From: Clostridia bacterium
Lineage (GTDB): Bacteria; Bacillota; Clostridia; Christensenellales; CAG-917
Length of the DNA stretch: 64,000 nucleotides
Assembly (NCBI GenBank): GCA_017553325.1
Contig: JAFZMH010000008.1
Coordinates: 180,964 to 244,963, forward strand
Direction of reading: 5' to 3'
Shown here: piece after piece, positions 48,001-56,260 of the stretch
Layout of the letters: the number at the start of each line of letters is the position of its first letter
Numbering within the stretch: position 1 is the stretch's first letter
Position numbers and translations under genes: made by a program
Notes under the pieces: model-generated
Databases searched by the model: none
What the model was told of the DNA's origin: nothing
What the model saw: only the letters and a program-made list of their open reading frames with translations

Positions 48001-49376
48001 GAGCATTCCGTGGCTGCACTAATTTGACGCATATCACAATTCCAAACAGTGTGACAAGCATAGGTGCTGATGCATTCTCTGGATGCACCAGTTTGACATC
48101 TATCACTATTCCAAACAGTGTGACAAGTATAGGTAAATATGCATTCCGAGGTTGCACCGGATTGACATCTATCACCATCGGCAACGGCATGACAAACATA
48201 TGGGATTATACATTTGATGGATGCACCGGTTTGACGTCCGTTACATTTGAAGAAAACAGCCAATTGATAAGCATAGGCGATTATGCATTCCGTGGCTGCA
48301 CTAATTTGACGCATATCACAATCCCGAACAGTGTGACAAGCATAGGACGTAGTGCATTCTCCGGATGCACCGGTTTGACATCCATAATAATTCCAAACAG
48401 TGTGACAAGCATCAGTTTTTCTGCATTCAATGGATGCACCGGTTTGACATCCATAATAATTCCAAACAGTGTGACAAGTATAGGTGAGGGTGCATTTTCT
48501 GGGTGCTCATCACTTGAAAGCATAACCATTCCATTTGTTGGTGAATATGCAACAGCAACGTCTGAAATCAGTTCAACTTTGACTTTGTTTGGCTATATAT
48601 TTGGTAGAAACAGTTATCAAGGGGGAGCTGCAACACAACAGAAATATTATTCTTCTTCAGGCGGTTCATCAGACACATACTACATTCCAGCCACGCTTCG
48701 CAGCGTGACGGTGACGGGTGGAAACATCTTGTATGGGGCATTTTATAACTGTTCAATGCTTACGTCCATCACAATTCCTGACAGTGTGACAAGCATAGGC
48801 TATTATGCATTCCGAGGTTGCACCGGATTGACGTCCGTTACATTTGAAGAAAACAGCCAATTGACAAGCATAGGCGATTATGCTTTCTACAACTGCACCA
48901 GCCTGACATCAATCACCATTCCGGATAGCGTGACAAGCATAGGCAATCGGGCATTCTATGGATGCGGTTTGACGTCCGTCACAATCCCCGACAGTGTGAC
49001 AAGCATAGTTGATTATGCATTCTATGGCTGCACTGGCTTGACATCCATCACCATCCCGGACAGTGTGACAAGCATAGGGAATTATGCATTCTCTGGTTGC
49101 ACTGGTTTGACGTCCGTCACTATTCCAAACAGTGTGACAAGCATAGGAAACTATACATTTGATGGATGCAGTAGTTTGACATCCATCACTATTGGCAATG
49201 GTGTGACAAGCATAGGCTATTATGCATTCGATGGCTGCATCGGTTTGACAGATATCAATTTCAATGGAACGATAGAACATTGGAATGCAATTTCAAAAGG
49301 TTATTGTTGGAACGATCAAACAGGCAATTACACTATTCATTGCACGGACGGAGATATCGCAAAATCAAAATCATAA
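45081..49376 (+). CDS. BspA-like leucine-rich-repeat (LRR_5-type) surface lipoprotein, 1431 aa
   Basis: The lipobox is VLTAC. A G/Q/N/D-rich linker follows, then a CxxC..CxxC segment. About 45 units of the type LTSVTIPDSVTSIGxxAFxGCxG follow. The C-terminal cap reads INFNGTIEHWNAI. Confidence 0.9.
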   Translation: MKTKRTILFVIVIILTIALLTCVLTACDLFKSRDNENNNNDGTVIGNTGGDQGGDSNINLDDNQGGDNQGGNSQGGGSNINPDDSQGGGQGNQNQTNVNDDALNKFVGLAVQSIQSSESKSDEINIGDNSYVVSVRVVDSVSASDFDSQLSSTESGYNGGIYVGEDCDINLEDVTQMNFGDVLYVAINVGDQVYVCEVVVYEEATVDENHEHSYGDWVVVKEPSCLGQGTRRRVCPICGEVETENINALGHDLDENNVCRRCGEEEIRVEGLTFELLENDTYSIIAYSGSEAELVLPDSYLGKPVTSIGGSAFRGCAGVTSVTITDSVTSIGNGAFKGCSSLVSITIPFVGAKVGKTSSDTYQYPFGYIFGTSSYTGGTAVSQTYYGSSTSSTTSTTYYIPSSLRSVTVTGGNILRGAFYGCSMLKSVTIPDGVTSIGNYAFNNCSGLTSITIPDGVTSIGDDAFRDCTGLTSVTIPDSVTSIGEYAFYGCTGLTSVTIGNGVTGIGYQAFSGCTSLTSITIPDSVTSISMGVFNGCTGLTTINYTGDIIDWCAMSRSSSLLSSSRTLYINGEALTGDLVIPSGVATIPKYAFSICTGLTSVTIPDSVTSIDGEAFYGCTGLTSVTIGNGVTSIGGSAFSGCTGLTSVTIPDSVIGIGYQAFYGCTGLTSVIIGNGVTSIGADAFSGCTGLTFITIPNSVTSIGERAFSGCSSLESITIPFVGGSATATSASGSTLFGYIFGTTSYTGGTAVTQLYYDSYALLGINETYYIPTTLRNVTVTGGNILYGAFSGCTGLTSITIPDSVTSIGNYTFDGCTGLTSVTIPNSVTSIGMYAFKGCRGLTSVTIGNGVTSIGYYAFDGCTGLTSITIPNSVTIIGDRAFYGCNSLTSVTIGDSVTSIGYAAFSGCTGLTSIIIPNSVTSIGGYAFAGCSSLTSITIGNGVTSIGYDAFSGCTGLTSVTFEENSQLISIGDRAFRGCTNLTHITIPNSVTSIGADAFSGCTSLTSITIPNSVTSIGKYAFRGCTGLTSITIGNGMTNIWDYTFDGCTGLTSVTFEENSQLISIGDYAFRGCTNLTHITIPNSVTSIGRSAFSGCTGLTSIIIPNSVTSISFSAFNGCTGLTSIIIPNSVTSIGEGAFSGCSSLESITIPFVGEYATATSEISSTLTLFGYIFGRNSYQGGAATQQKYYSSSGGSSDTYYIPATLRSVTVTGGNILYGAFYNCSMLTSITIPDSVTSIGYYAFRGCTGLTSVTFEENSQLTSIGDYAFYNCTSLTSITIPDSVTSIGNRAFYGCGLTSVTIPDSVTSIVDYAFYGCTGLTSITIPDSVTSIGNYAFSGCTGLTSVTIPNSVTSIGNYTFDGCSSLTSITIGNGVTSIGYYAFDGCIGLTDINFNGTIEHWNAISKGYCWNDQTGNYTIHCTDGDIAKSKS

Positions 49377-49401
49377 TCAAAAGCAATAATTGCTCAATAA
49401 T

Positions 49402-49436
49402 AAACAAACACGCAATTGTGCGTGTTTGTTTTGTTT
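49402..49436 (+). terminator. Rho-independent terminator after the LRR gene
   Basis: AAACAAACACGCA-att-GTGCGTGTTTGTTTTGTTTT. Confidence 0.85.
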
Positions 49437-49487
49437 TATACTATTTATCCGCAATTGAGCTGACTTGTCAGCGAACATTCATTGAAC

Positions 49488-49519
49488 AAAAAATCTCGGA
49501 ATCAAACCGAGATTTTTTT
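49488..49519. terminator. Bidirectional terminator
   Basis: AAAAAATCTCGG-aatcaaa-CCGAGATTTTTTT. Confidence 0.85.
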
Positions 49520-49570
49520 GAACATTCATGACGCAATGCGTCCATTCATTGAGCGTAGCGAACATTCATT

Positions 49571-51115
49571 TTATTCACACACAGTGTGAATAAACTTGTC
49601 AAACGCTTTCTGTCCTTCGTCCGTGTTTTTGAAGACTGCGGTGGTGTCGAGGATGGTTTCGCAAGCCTTGTTGATATAGTCGGTGATGGCTTCGCTTGCC
49701 TTCTTTTCGCTGATGCCCGTGCCGTAGTCCACGACGAGTTGGGTTATCATGCCGAGGTGCTTGTGCAGAGGATGCGTTTCTTCCGCAATAGCCTTGAAAT
49801 CGAGGGGAGTTTTGCCCGTCAAGATGTCGCGCATTTGATCCGCTTCGGCTTTGAGTCTGCCGGGGAGGATGAATACGCCCATGACCTCGATTATGCCGAT
49901 TGACTCTTGCTTGATATTGTGGAGTTCAACTGCGGGGTGGAAGATTCCAAACGGGTGCGCCTCGTCCGTCCTGTTGTTGCGGAGGATGAGATTAAACTCG
50001 TATTCGCCGTCCTTGTTGACGGAGGCGATAGGGGTGATTGCGTTGTGTTGCACGCGCTCGCCGTTCTGCTCGGTGTGCGAAAGGACGTTCATTGCGGGTT
50101 CGTCCCAAGTGTCCCAAGCACTGTAAAAGCGATTGACCGCTTCGAGCACTTGTTTTCTGTTTTTGCTTGCTATGCGCACGATTGAGTTGTACCAATCGAC
50201 GATGGAGACGTCAACGTCTTGAAGCCCCGCCATCTTAAAATGCTTTCTCGCAGGACGTTCAAAGACGGGGAGTACCTTCTTTCCGCCTTGATAGTGGTCG
50301 TGCGCAAGGATAGACCCGCCCACGATGGGGAGCGCGGCGTTTGATCCGATAAAGTAGTGTGGGAACATATCGAGAAAATCGAGCATGCGTCTGAACGTCG
50401 CGTCCGTCACGCACATAGGTCTATGCTCCTCGCAGACCGCGATGAGGTGCTCTTCAAAGTATTGATATGGGCTATACTGCATAAACCACTTTTCGCCGTC
50501 TAGTTCAAAGGGGACTATGCGGATAGTTTGACGCGGAGGTTTTGCCGCGTTGCCCGCAAAGCCGAGGTTCTCGATGCAGAGCAGGCACTTCGGGTATCCG
50601 CCTTTGGCGAGTTTTGCAAGGCGCACTTGCTCGGGAGTCTTTTCCGGTTTCGCGAGGTTTATCGTCACGACAATTCTGCCTCTTTGCCCTTCGTTCTCCC
50701 AAATGATGTTCTTGTCAAGGTCGGGGCGTCTTAGATACGCGGAGTCCTCGCCGAGTTTGAAGAGCATATCCGTTGCCGCCTTCGTGCCGGAATACCTTGC
50801 GACGTCGTCAAACATCTCAATCGTTTTGGACGGCGACGGCATGCAAAAACCGATGAGTTTCGTCTCAAAAAGCAGTTTGTCCGTCTCCTCGATAAGTCCC
50901 TTTTTGACGGCGTAATCGGAGAGGGCGCTCATAACGGAATAAAACTCGTATTCGCCGACCTCGTTGTCGGACGGTTCGGTGAGTTTTAGAGCATCTAACA
51001 GGATATTTTGCACGTAATAGGTGTCGTAGTCCTGAAGATAAAGCTTGCGCACGGCATAATCAACCAAGCGCTTAACGTTCAGTTTTGCAGTTTCTTCCGC
51101 TGATAATCTCGGCAT
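49571..51115 (-). CDS. galT: Galactose-1-phosphate uridylyltransferase (class II, ~500 aa type)
   Basis: SILAHDHYQGG and the overall length are typical of Gram-positive GalT. The start was trimmed to ATG 51115 (GGAGG upstream). Confidence 0.9.
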   Translation of the reverse strand: MPRLSAEETAKLNVKRLVDYAVRKLYLQDYDTYYVQNILLDALKLTEPSDNEVGEYEFYSVMSALSDYAVKKGLIEETDKLLFETKLIGFCMPSPSKTIEMFDDVARYSGTKAATDMLFKLGEDSAYLRRPDLDKNIIWENEGQRGRIVVTINLAKPEKTPEQVRLAKLAKGGYPKCLLCIENLGFAGNAAKPPRQTIRIVPFELDGEKWFMQYSPYQYFEEHLIAVCEEHRPMCVTDATFRRMLDFLDMFPHYFIGSNAALPIVGGSILAHDHYQGGKKVLPVFERPARKHFKMAGLQDVDVSIVDWYNSIVRIASKNRKQVLEAVNRFYSAWDTWDEPAMNVLSHTEQNGERVQHNAITPIASVNKDGEYEFNLILRNNRTDEAHPFGIFHPAVELHNIKQESIGIIEVMGVFILPGRLKAEADQMRDILTGKTPLDFKAIAEETHPLHKHLGMITQLVVDYGTGISEKKASEAITDYINKACETILDTTAVFKNTDEGQKAFDKFIHTVCE

Positions 51116-51152
51116 AAAACCTCCAAAATGAGAAAACAAAAATCGACTTTAT

Positions 51153-51295
51153 TTATTGTATCATATTCCGTTTGCACTTTCAATATGAAAACCGAAAATC
51201 GTCGCGATTGCCGATTCGTTTTTGAGATTAAATATGCGTCCCGCATATTTATTCCGTTTTCAACTTGCTTTTGAGAAAGAGATATGATACAATAA
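51153..51295. promoter_or_regulatory. Divergent galT/galK control region with mirrored extended -10 promoters and a central palindrome
   Basis: TTATTGTATCATAT (51153-66) is the exact reverse complement of ATATGATACAATAA (51282-95). Each reads TGaTACAAT toward its gene. The palindrome AAATATGCGtccCGCATATTT lies at 51230-50. Confidence 0.6.
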
Positions 51296-51325
51296 CTATA
51301 CTTATTATATGATTTTGGGGGCAAT

Positions 51326-52582
51326 ATGGCAACTGATAAAGAAAAATTCTTTGAAAATAATTTGGCTTTCGAAAGAATGTGCGACGACGTATACGGTATG
51401 CCGTCTTCCGTGCAGAAGCCCAGATTTTTGGAACTTCTTGAAATGCACGAGGAGATATTCGGCACTGACGAGGTGAATTTTTATTCCTCTCCCGGCCGCA
51501 TTGAGATCGTCGGCAACCACACCGACCACAACGGCGGAAAGGTGCTGTGCGCGGCAATCAATTTCGACACTCTCGCCAGCGTTTCACCCCGCAAAGACGG
51601 TATAATCGAAGTCAAGTCAAAGGGTTATCCAATGCTCAGAGTCGACACGTCGAAAGTCAACTTTATGGCAAGCGAAATCGGCACGTCAACCGCGCTCATC
51701 AAGGGCGTCGTGGACTACTTCCTTCACACGAACAAGAAAGTCGGCGGGTTTTCCGCTTGTATGACTTCGTCTGTGCCAAAGGGAAGCGGCGTTTCGTCTT
51801 CAAGTTCTTTTGAACTTGTCATTGCCGAAATCTTGAACGTTCTTTACAACGACGAGGCGCTTGACGCAATCTACAAAGCCAAGGCCTCCCAATATGCCGA
51901 AAACACCTTCTTCGGCAAGCCCTGCGGACTAATGGACCAAAGCGCAATCGCACTCGGCGGAGTCAACCTCATCGACTTTGCCGATTTTGAAAACCCTGTT
52001 GTCGAGCGCGCGAACTGGGCTTTTAAAGACCTCGATATCTACGTCATCGCGACGGGCGGAGACCACTCCAACCTCACGGACGACTATGCGGCAATTCCAT
52101 ACGAGATGAAAGAGGTCGCAACTTTGTTCGGCGTAAAACTCTTGCACGAAATTCCGCGTGAAAAGTGGGAGGACGAAAAGTATTTCATAAAGGACAAGGT
52201 CAGCGAAAGGGCGTATCTCAGAGCCGAGCACTTCTTCGAGGAGAACACGCGCGTCGAAGACGCTGTCAAGGCAATCGACAACCGCGACGAACGCGCCTTC
52301 CTCGACATAGTCAACGAGTCGGGACTCAGTTCGAGATACAAACTTCAAAACACGTATTCGCCGGCAGGCAAAAACAAGAACCTCGAAAACGCGCTCGACA
52401 GAGTCGTCAAAATAGACGGCGTCGTAGCAAGCCGTGTTCACGGCGGCGGTTTTGCCGGCACGATACTCGTCTTCGCAAGAAAAAACGCATTCGGCGTGAA
52501 TGCAGCTCTCAACGTGATGTTTGGCGAACACAACGTGTTCAAAATGGCGATACGTCCTTGCGGCGCCGTCAAATTGTTCTAA
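51326..52582 (+). CDS. galK: Galactokinase (GHMP kinase)
   Basis: GRIEIVGNHTDHNGG matches the galactokinase signature. PKGSGVSSSSSFE is the GHMP motif. GGGGG lies upstream. Confidence 0.92.
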   Translation: MATDKEKFFENNLAFERMCDDVYGMPSSVQKPRFLELLEMHEEIFGTDEVNFYSSPGRIEIVGNHTDHNGGKVLCAAINFDTLASVSPRKDGIIEVKSKGYPMLRVDTSKVNFMASEIGTSTALIKGVVDYFLHTNKKVGGFSACMTSSVPKGSGVSSSSSFELVIAEILNVLYNDEALDAIYKAKASQYAENTFFGKPCGLMDQSAIALGGVNLIDFADFENPVVERANWAFKDLDIYVIATGGDHSNLTDDYAAIPYEMKEVATLFGVKLLHEIPREKWEDEKYFIKDKVSERAYLRAEHFFEENTRVEDAVKAIDNRDERAFLDIVNESGLSSRYKLQNTYSPAGKNKNLENALDRVVKIDGVVASRVHGGGFAGTILVFARKNAFGVNAALNVMFGEHNVFKMAIRPCGAVKLF

Positions 52583-52702
52583 ATCGCGCTATTGGGCGAA
52601 TAGCCGTGTCAACGCGCTTTGCCTTGTCAACCGTGTACGCCTATGTCACCGGGGTGTCAATTCGAAGCACGTTTCCTTGCTCTTCATCCCAATATCTCGA
52701 TT
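52582..52702 (+). repeat. Stop-codon-anchored palindromic element, copy E
   Basis: AATCGCGCTATTGGG | CGAATAGCCGTGTCAA | ..GTGTACgcctatGTCAC.. | TTCCTTGCTCTTCAT | CCCAATATCTCGATT. It is flanked by TA (52580-81) and TA (52703-04). Its first A completes the galK TAA. Confidence 0.75.
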
Positions 52703-52753
52703 TATAAACGATTTTCATAATAATCAAAAAAAAACCTTTTTGAGGATAAGTAT

Positions 52754-53884
52754 ATGTTGTTTTCAGCAGTAAACCCCGTAGCGTTTGAAATCGGCAATTT
52801 GTCGGTGAGATGGTACGGTATAGTAATTGTGCTTGGCATGATAATCGGGCTCGCTTATGCCTGCCGTCAATCTCACGTTATAAAACTTACGATTGACGAC
52901 ACGATAGAGCTCTTCTTGTGGATAGTTCCGCTTGCCGTCGTGTTCGCGAGACTGCTTTACGTCATCGTCCGTCCGAGCGCGTATTTTGCGCCCGAACTGT
53001 GGGAGGACTTCGGCAAAGGCTTTATCAATATGATTGCCGTTTGGGAGGGGGGTCTCACGATAATCGGCGGTATTTTGGGCGGTATTTTGGGCGGTATATT
53101 CTTCACCATCCGCCACAGAAAGCAAATCAATTTCGGCAACGTTGCGGATATCGTCATCGTTCCGCTTCTCACGGGGCAAATCGTCGGCAGACTCGGCAAC
53201 TTCTTCAACCAAGAAGCATTCGGCATCCCGATTGACAATCCGCATCTTCAAACTTTCCCGTTTGCAGTCTATATCGACAGCCCAAGCGGTGTAGAGACAA
53301 AGCATCAGGCAGTTGTTGACGCCGCACTCGATAGAGGTCAAGAGCTGTTTGGAGAGAGAGCGTATTGGTTTGCCGCCACCTTCTTTTACGAGATGGTTTG
53401 GAACACGATTGGTTTGTTCATCTGCTATGCGTTTTGGAAGAAGGGCAGCACGAAGAAATACCCGGGACTCCTGCTCATATTCTACATGTTCTGGTATGCG
53501 CTCGGCAGAGCGTGGATAGACTCGATTCGTATGGACGGTCTGCTCGTCACGCAAATCGCTTGCGGTATCGTCGCTCCGCTCGGCTTGATTGCGATGATTT
53601 GCTACGTGCTCCTTCGCAACAGTCAACTCTCTTACCGTCGTATTCGCGCGCTCAAAGAGGCAAACGAACTAGGCGGCGCAATGCTCACGGAATTTGATGT
53701 CAAAAACTACGTTCGCATAGGCAATATTTTGAAGAACGAAAAGAACCCGCTCCGCATCTTGTATGGCGCAAAGAAGCCGTATCTTGATGTTGACTTTGAC
53801 AGCCTCGACTACTATCACGTCCCCAAGGACTACAAAAAGATATTCAAAAACGCAAAGAACGAGGTATACGTCCTCGCAAAATAA
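52754..53884 (+). CDS. lgt: Prolipoprotein diacylglyceryl transferase with C-terminal extension
   Basis: Contains VRWYGIVIVLGMIIG, GRLGNFFNQEAFG and the YPGLLLIFYMFWYALGR core. About 95 extra C-terminal residues are present. Confidence 0.9.
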   Translation: MLFSAVNPVAFEIGNLSVRWYGIVIVLGMIIGLAYACRQSHVIKLTIDDTIELFLWIVPLAVVFARLLYVIVRPSAYFAPELWEDFGKGFINMIAVWEGGLTIIGGILGGILGGIFFTIRHRKQINFGNVADIVIVPLLTGQIVGRLGNFFNQEAFGIPIDNPHLQTFPFAVYIDSPSGVETKHQAVVDAALDRGQELFGERAYWFAATFFYEMVWNTIGLFICYAFWKKGSTKKYPGLLLIFYMFWYALGRAWIDSIRMDGLLVTQIACGIVAPLGLIAMICYVLLRNSQLSYRRIRALKEANELGGAMLTEFDVKNYVRIGNILKNEKNPLRILYGAKKPYLDVDFDSLDYYHVPKDYKKIFKNAKNEVYVLAK

Positions 53885-53928
53885 TACGCACACAATTTTT
53901 CAAACTATGTTTGAAACACGGTGGAAAA

Positions 53929-55371
53929 ATGAGTTTTGATTATACGACCGAAAGGGTAAAAACGAACAACCTGACGCTTCTCACCGACCTCTATCAACTC
54001 ACGATGATGAACGGCTACAAGATTTGTCATCTCGACAAGACGAGGGCGGTGTTCGACGTGTTTTATCGCGGAAACGGCGGGTACAGTTATGCAATCGCCG
54101 CAGGACTTGAACAGGCGATAGATTACATCCTCAACCTGCACTTCGACGAGAGCGACGTATCGTATCTGCGCTCCCTCAAAATCTTTCCGGAGAGTTTCCT
54201 CGAAACGCTCAAAGATTTCCGTTTTACAGGCGACATAAAGGCGGTGCCGGAAGGGACGCTCATCTTTCCGTACGAGCCTATTTTGACGGTTTCAGCACCT
54301 CTTTTCGAGGCGCAACTCGTGGAGACCGCGCTCCTCACGTTCATCAATCACCAGACGCTCATCGCAACGAAGGCGGCGAGGCTCAAAGAGTGCACGAAGA
54401 ACAAGATAAGCGAATTCGGTCTCAGAAGAGCGCAGGGCGCGGACGCAGGCATCTACGGCGCGCGTGCGGCGTATATCGGCGGAGTGAGAACGACGTCCAA
54501 CGTCGTCGCGGGCAAACTGTTTGACATCCCGGTCACGGGCACGCATTCGCACAGCTGGGTTATGTCCTTTTCAAGCGAACTCGAGGCGTTTGAAAAGTAT
54601 GCGGAGATATATCCCGACAACTGCTTGCTCCTCGTCGACACCTACGACACGTTGAAGAGCGGCGTACCCAACGCAATCAAAGTGTTTGACAAACTCAAAG
54701 CCGCGGGGCACAAGCCTATCGGTATTCGTCTCGACAGCGGAGACCTCGCGTATCTCAGCCGTAAGGCGAGAGCGATGCTGGACGCCGCAGGTCATCAAGA
54801 CGCGCTCATATTCGCGACGAACGACCTTGACGAAGACATCCTTCTCGCGCTCAACAACCAAGACGCAAAGATTGACGTCTACGGCATCGGAACGAAACTC
54901 ATCACAAGCTATCAAAACGCCTCTCTCGGCGGAGTTTACAAACTCTGCGCAATCGAGGAGAACGGCAAGCTTGAACCGCGTATCAAGGTTTCAAACAGCC
55001 ACGAAAAGACCACAAACCCGGGCGTCAAAAAGATTGTGAGAATTTTGAAGGACGGGATGGCGCAGGCGGACCTTATATGTCTCGAAGACGAAGTCTTCGA
55101 CGCCTCGAAACCCCTCACGATTTTCCACCCCGAGCAGACGTGGAAAAAGACTACGCTTGAAAACTACGAACTCGTTGAACTTATGAAGCCGATTTTCAAG
55201 GACGGCAAACTGGTCTACGACAAGCCGTCGCTCAAAGAGATTGCAAAATACGAGGACGAGAGTACAGGGCAATTCTTCCCGGAATACAAGCGCGTCATCA
55301 ATACGCAGGAGTACAAGGTCGACCTCTCCTACAAACTTTGGAAACTCAAAAACGAGCTTCTCAACAGATAA
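53929..55371 (+). CDS. pncB: Nicotinate phosphoribosyltransferase
   Basis: Contains LLTDLYQLTMMNGY, FGLRRAQG, GTHSHSW and RLDSGDL. The start was set to ATG 53929. Confidence 0.92.
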   Translation: MSFDYTTERVKTNNLTLLTDLYQLTMMNGYKICHLDKTRAVFDVFYRGNGGYSYAIAAGLEQAIDYILNLHFDESDVSYLRSLKIFPESFLETLKDFRFTGDIKAVPEGTLIFPYEPILTVSAPLFEAQLVETALLTFINHQTLIATKAARLKECTKNKISEFGLRRAQGADAGIYGARAAYIGGVRTTSNVVAGKLFDIPVTGTHSHSWVMSFSSELEAFEKYAEIYPDNCLLLVDTYDTLKSGVPNAIKVFDKLKAAGHKPIGIRLDSGDLAYLSRKARAMLDAAGHQDALIFATNDLDEDILLALNNQDAKIDVYGIGTKLITSYQNASLGGVYKLCAIEENGKLEPRIKVSNSHEKTTNPGVKKIVRILKDGMAQADLICLEDEVFDASKPLTIFHPEQTWKKTTLENYELVELMKPIFKDGKLVYDKPSLKEIAKYEDESTGQFFPEYKRVINTQEYKVDLSYKLWKLKNELLNR

Positions 55372-55390
55372 CGTTGATTTGCAAAGATTT

Positions 55391-55417
55391 GCACTCGGCA
55401 ACGTCCGAGTGCTTTTT
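55391..55417 (+). terminator. Rho-independent terminator after pncB
   Basis: GCACTCGG-caacgt-CCGAGTGC-TTTTT. Confidence 0.88.
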
Positions 55418-55510
55418 GTTTGCGCTCATTTGCCGTTTTCAGTCAAAAACCGCCTTTTAAAAGAAAATATTTTCGCGGCGCGCGATTTATTTTTAAAGAA
55501 AGGAGTTTTT

Positions 55511-56188
55511 ATGAGGGAACGTACGCGTTTTAGAGTGAGATACAGAGGTTATGACAAAAAAGAGGTTGAGAGTTTTATAGTCGAGACGCAGTCGAAAAAC
55601 GAGACGACGCTCGCATCGCAGAGGGAGAGAATAGCCTCTCTTTTGCGGGACAACGACGATTTGAAGGCAAAACTTGCCGTGCTTCAATCGAGGGAAGAGC
55701 AAATAAAGCTCACGCTTTTGAAAGCCACCAAGACAGCGGACGAACTCGGCGAGCAGATAAGAAGCAGATTTAAAGAGGAACTTGACAGGTTGCGGTTTTT
55801 CCGCGCAAAGTGGACGGCCGCGTACGAGGAACTCAAAGACCGCTATCACTTTTCAAAGGACGCGCTCAATATGGAGAGCGTCGCCGTGCAGACGGAACTC
55901 GATTTGACGAGATATCTCACGCAGGAGTTTTCTTTGAACCGCGGAGACGAGACGGACGATATGGAGGCGTATTTCAAAAAGGAGGTTGAGAGACTCACGG
56001 CGCTTCAACAGACTATGCAGAAGGAGACGGAGAGCAAGTCGAAGGACGTCAAGGAAAAACTCCGTCTTGCAAGCAAAAAGGCGCAGGAAAGCGTTGACGA
56101 GGGAGCGTTCAGCATGGATGAAGCCTTGCACCCGACGGAGAGTCTTGAAGAAATCTGTCAATCGCTTGGACTTTCAAATATGGAATAA
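55511..56188 (+). CDS. DivIVA-domain coiled-coil protein
   Basis: FRVRYRGYDKKEVESFI is the DivIVA N-terminal motif, followed by a long coiled coil. ATG 55511 follows AAAGGAG. The track ORF start 55241 overlaps pncB. Confidence 0.8.
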   Translation: MRERTRFRVRYRGYDKKEVESFIVETQSKNETTLASQRERIASLLRDNDDLKAKLAVLQSREEQIKLTLLKATKTADELGEQIRSRFKEELDRLRFFRAKWTAAYEELKDRYHFSKDALNMESVAVQTELDLTRYLTQEFSLNRGDETDDMEAYFKKEVERLTALQQTMQKETESKSKDVKEKLRLASKKAQESVDEGAFSMDEALHPTESLEEICQSLGLSNME

Positions 56189-56214
56189 AGATATAATATA
56201 ATAAAACAATAAAT

Positions 56215-56243
56215 AAAAACCGCGATTTTGCATCGCGGTTTTT
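56215..56243. terminator. Bidirectional terminator
   Basis: AAAAACCGCGAT-tttgc-ATCGCGGTTTTT. Confidence 0.88.
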
Positions 56244-56260
56244 AAATTTTTGAATAATGC

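Noticed and set aside
45900-49300. Regular ~69-nt periodic repeats that a repeat finder might flag as a CRISPR-like array.
   Set aside because: They are in-frame LRR units of one continuous 1431-aa ORF. No spacers, leader or cas genes are present.
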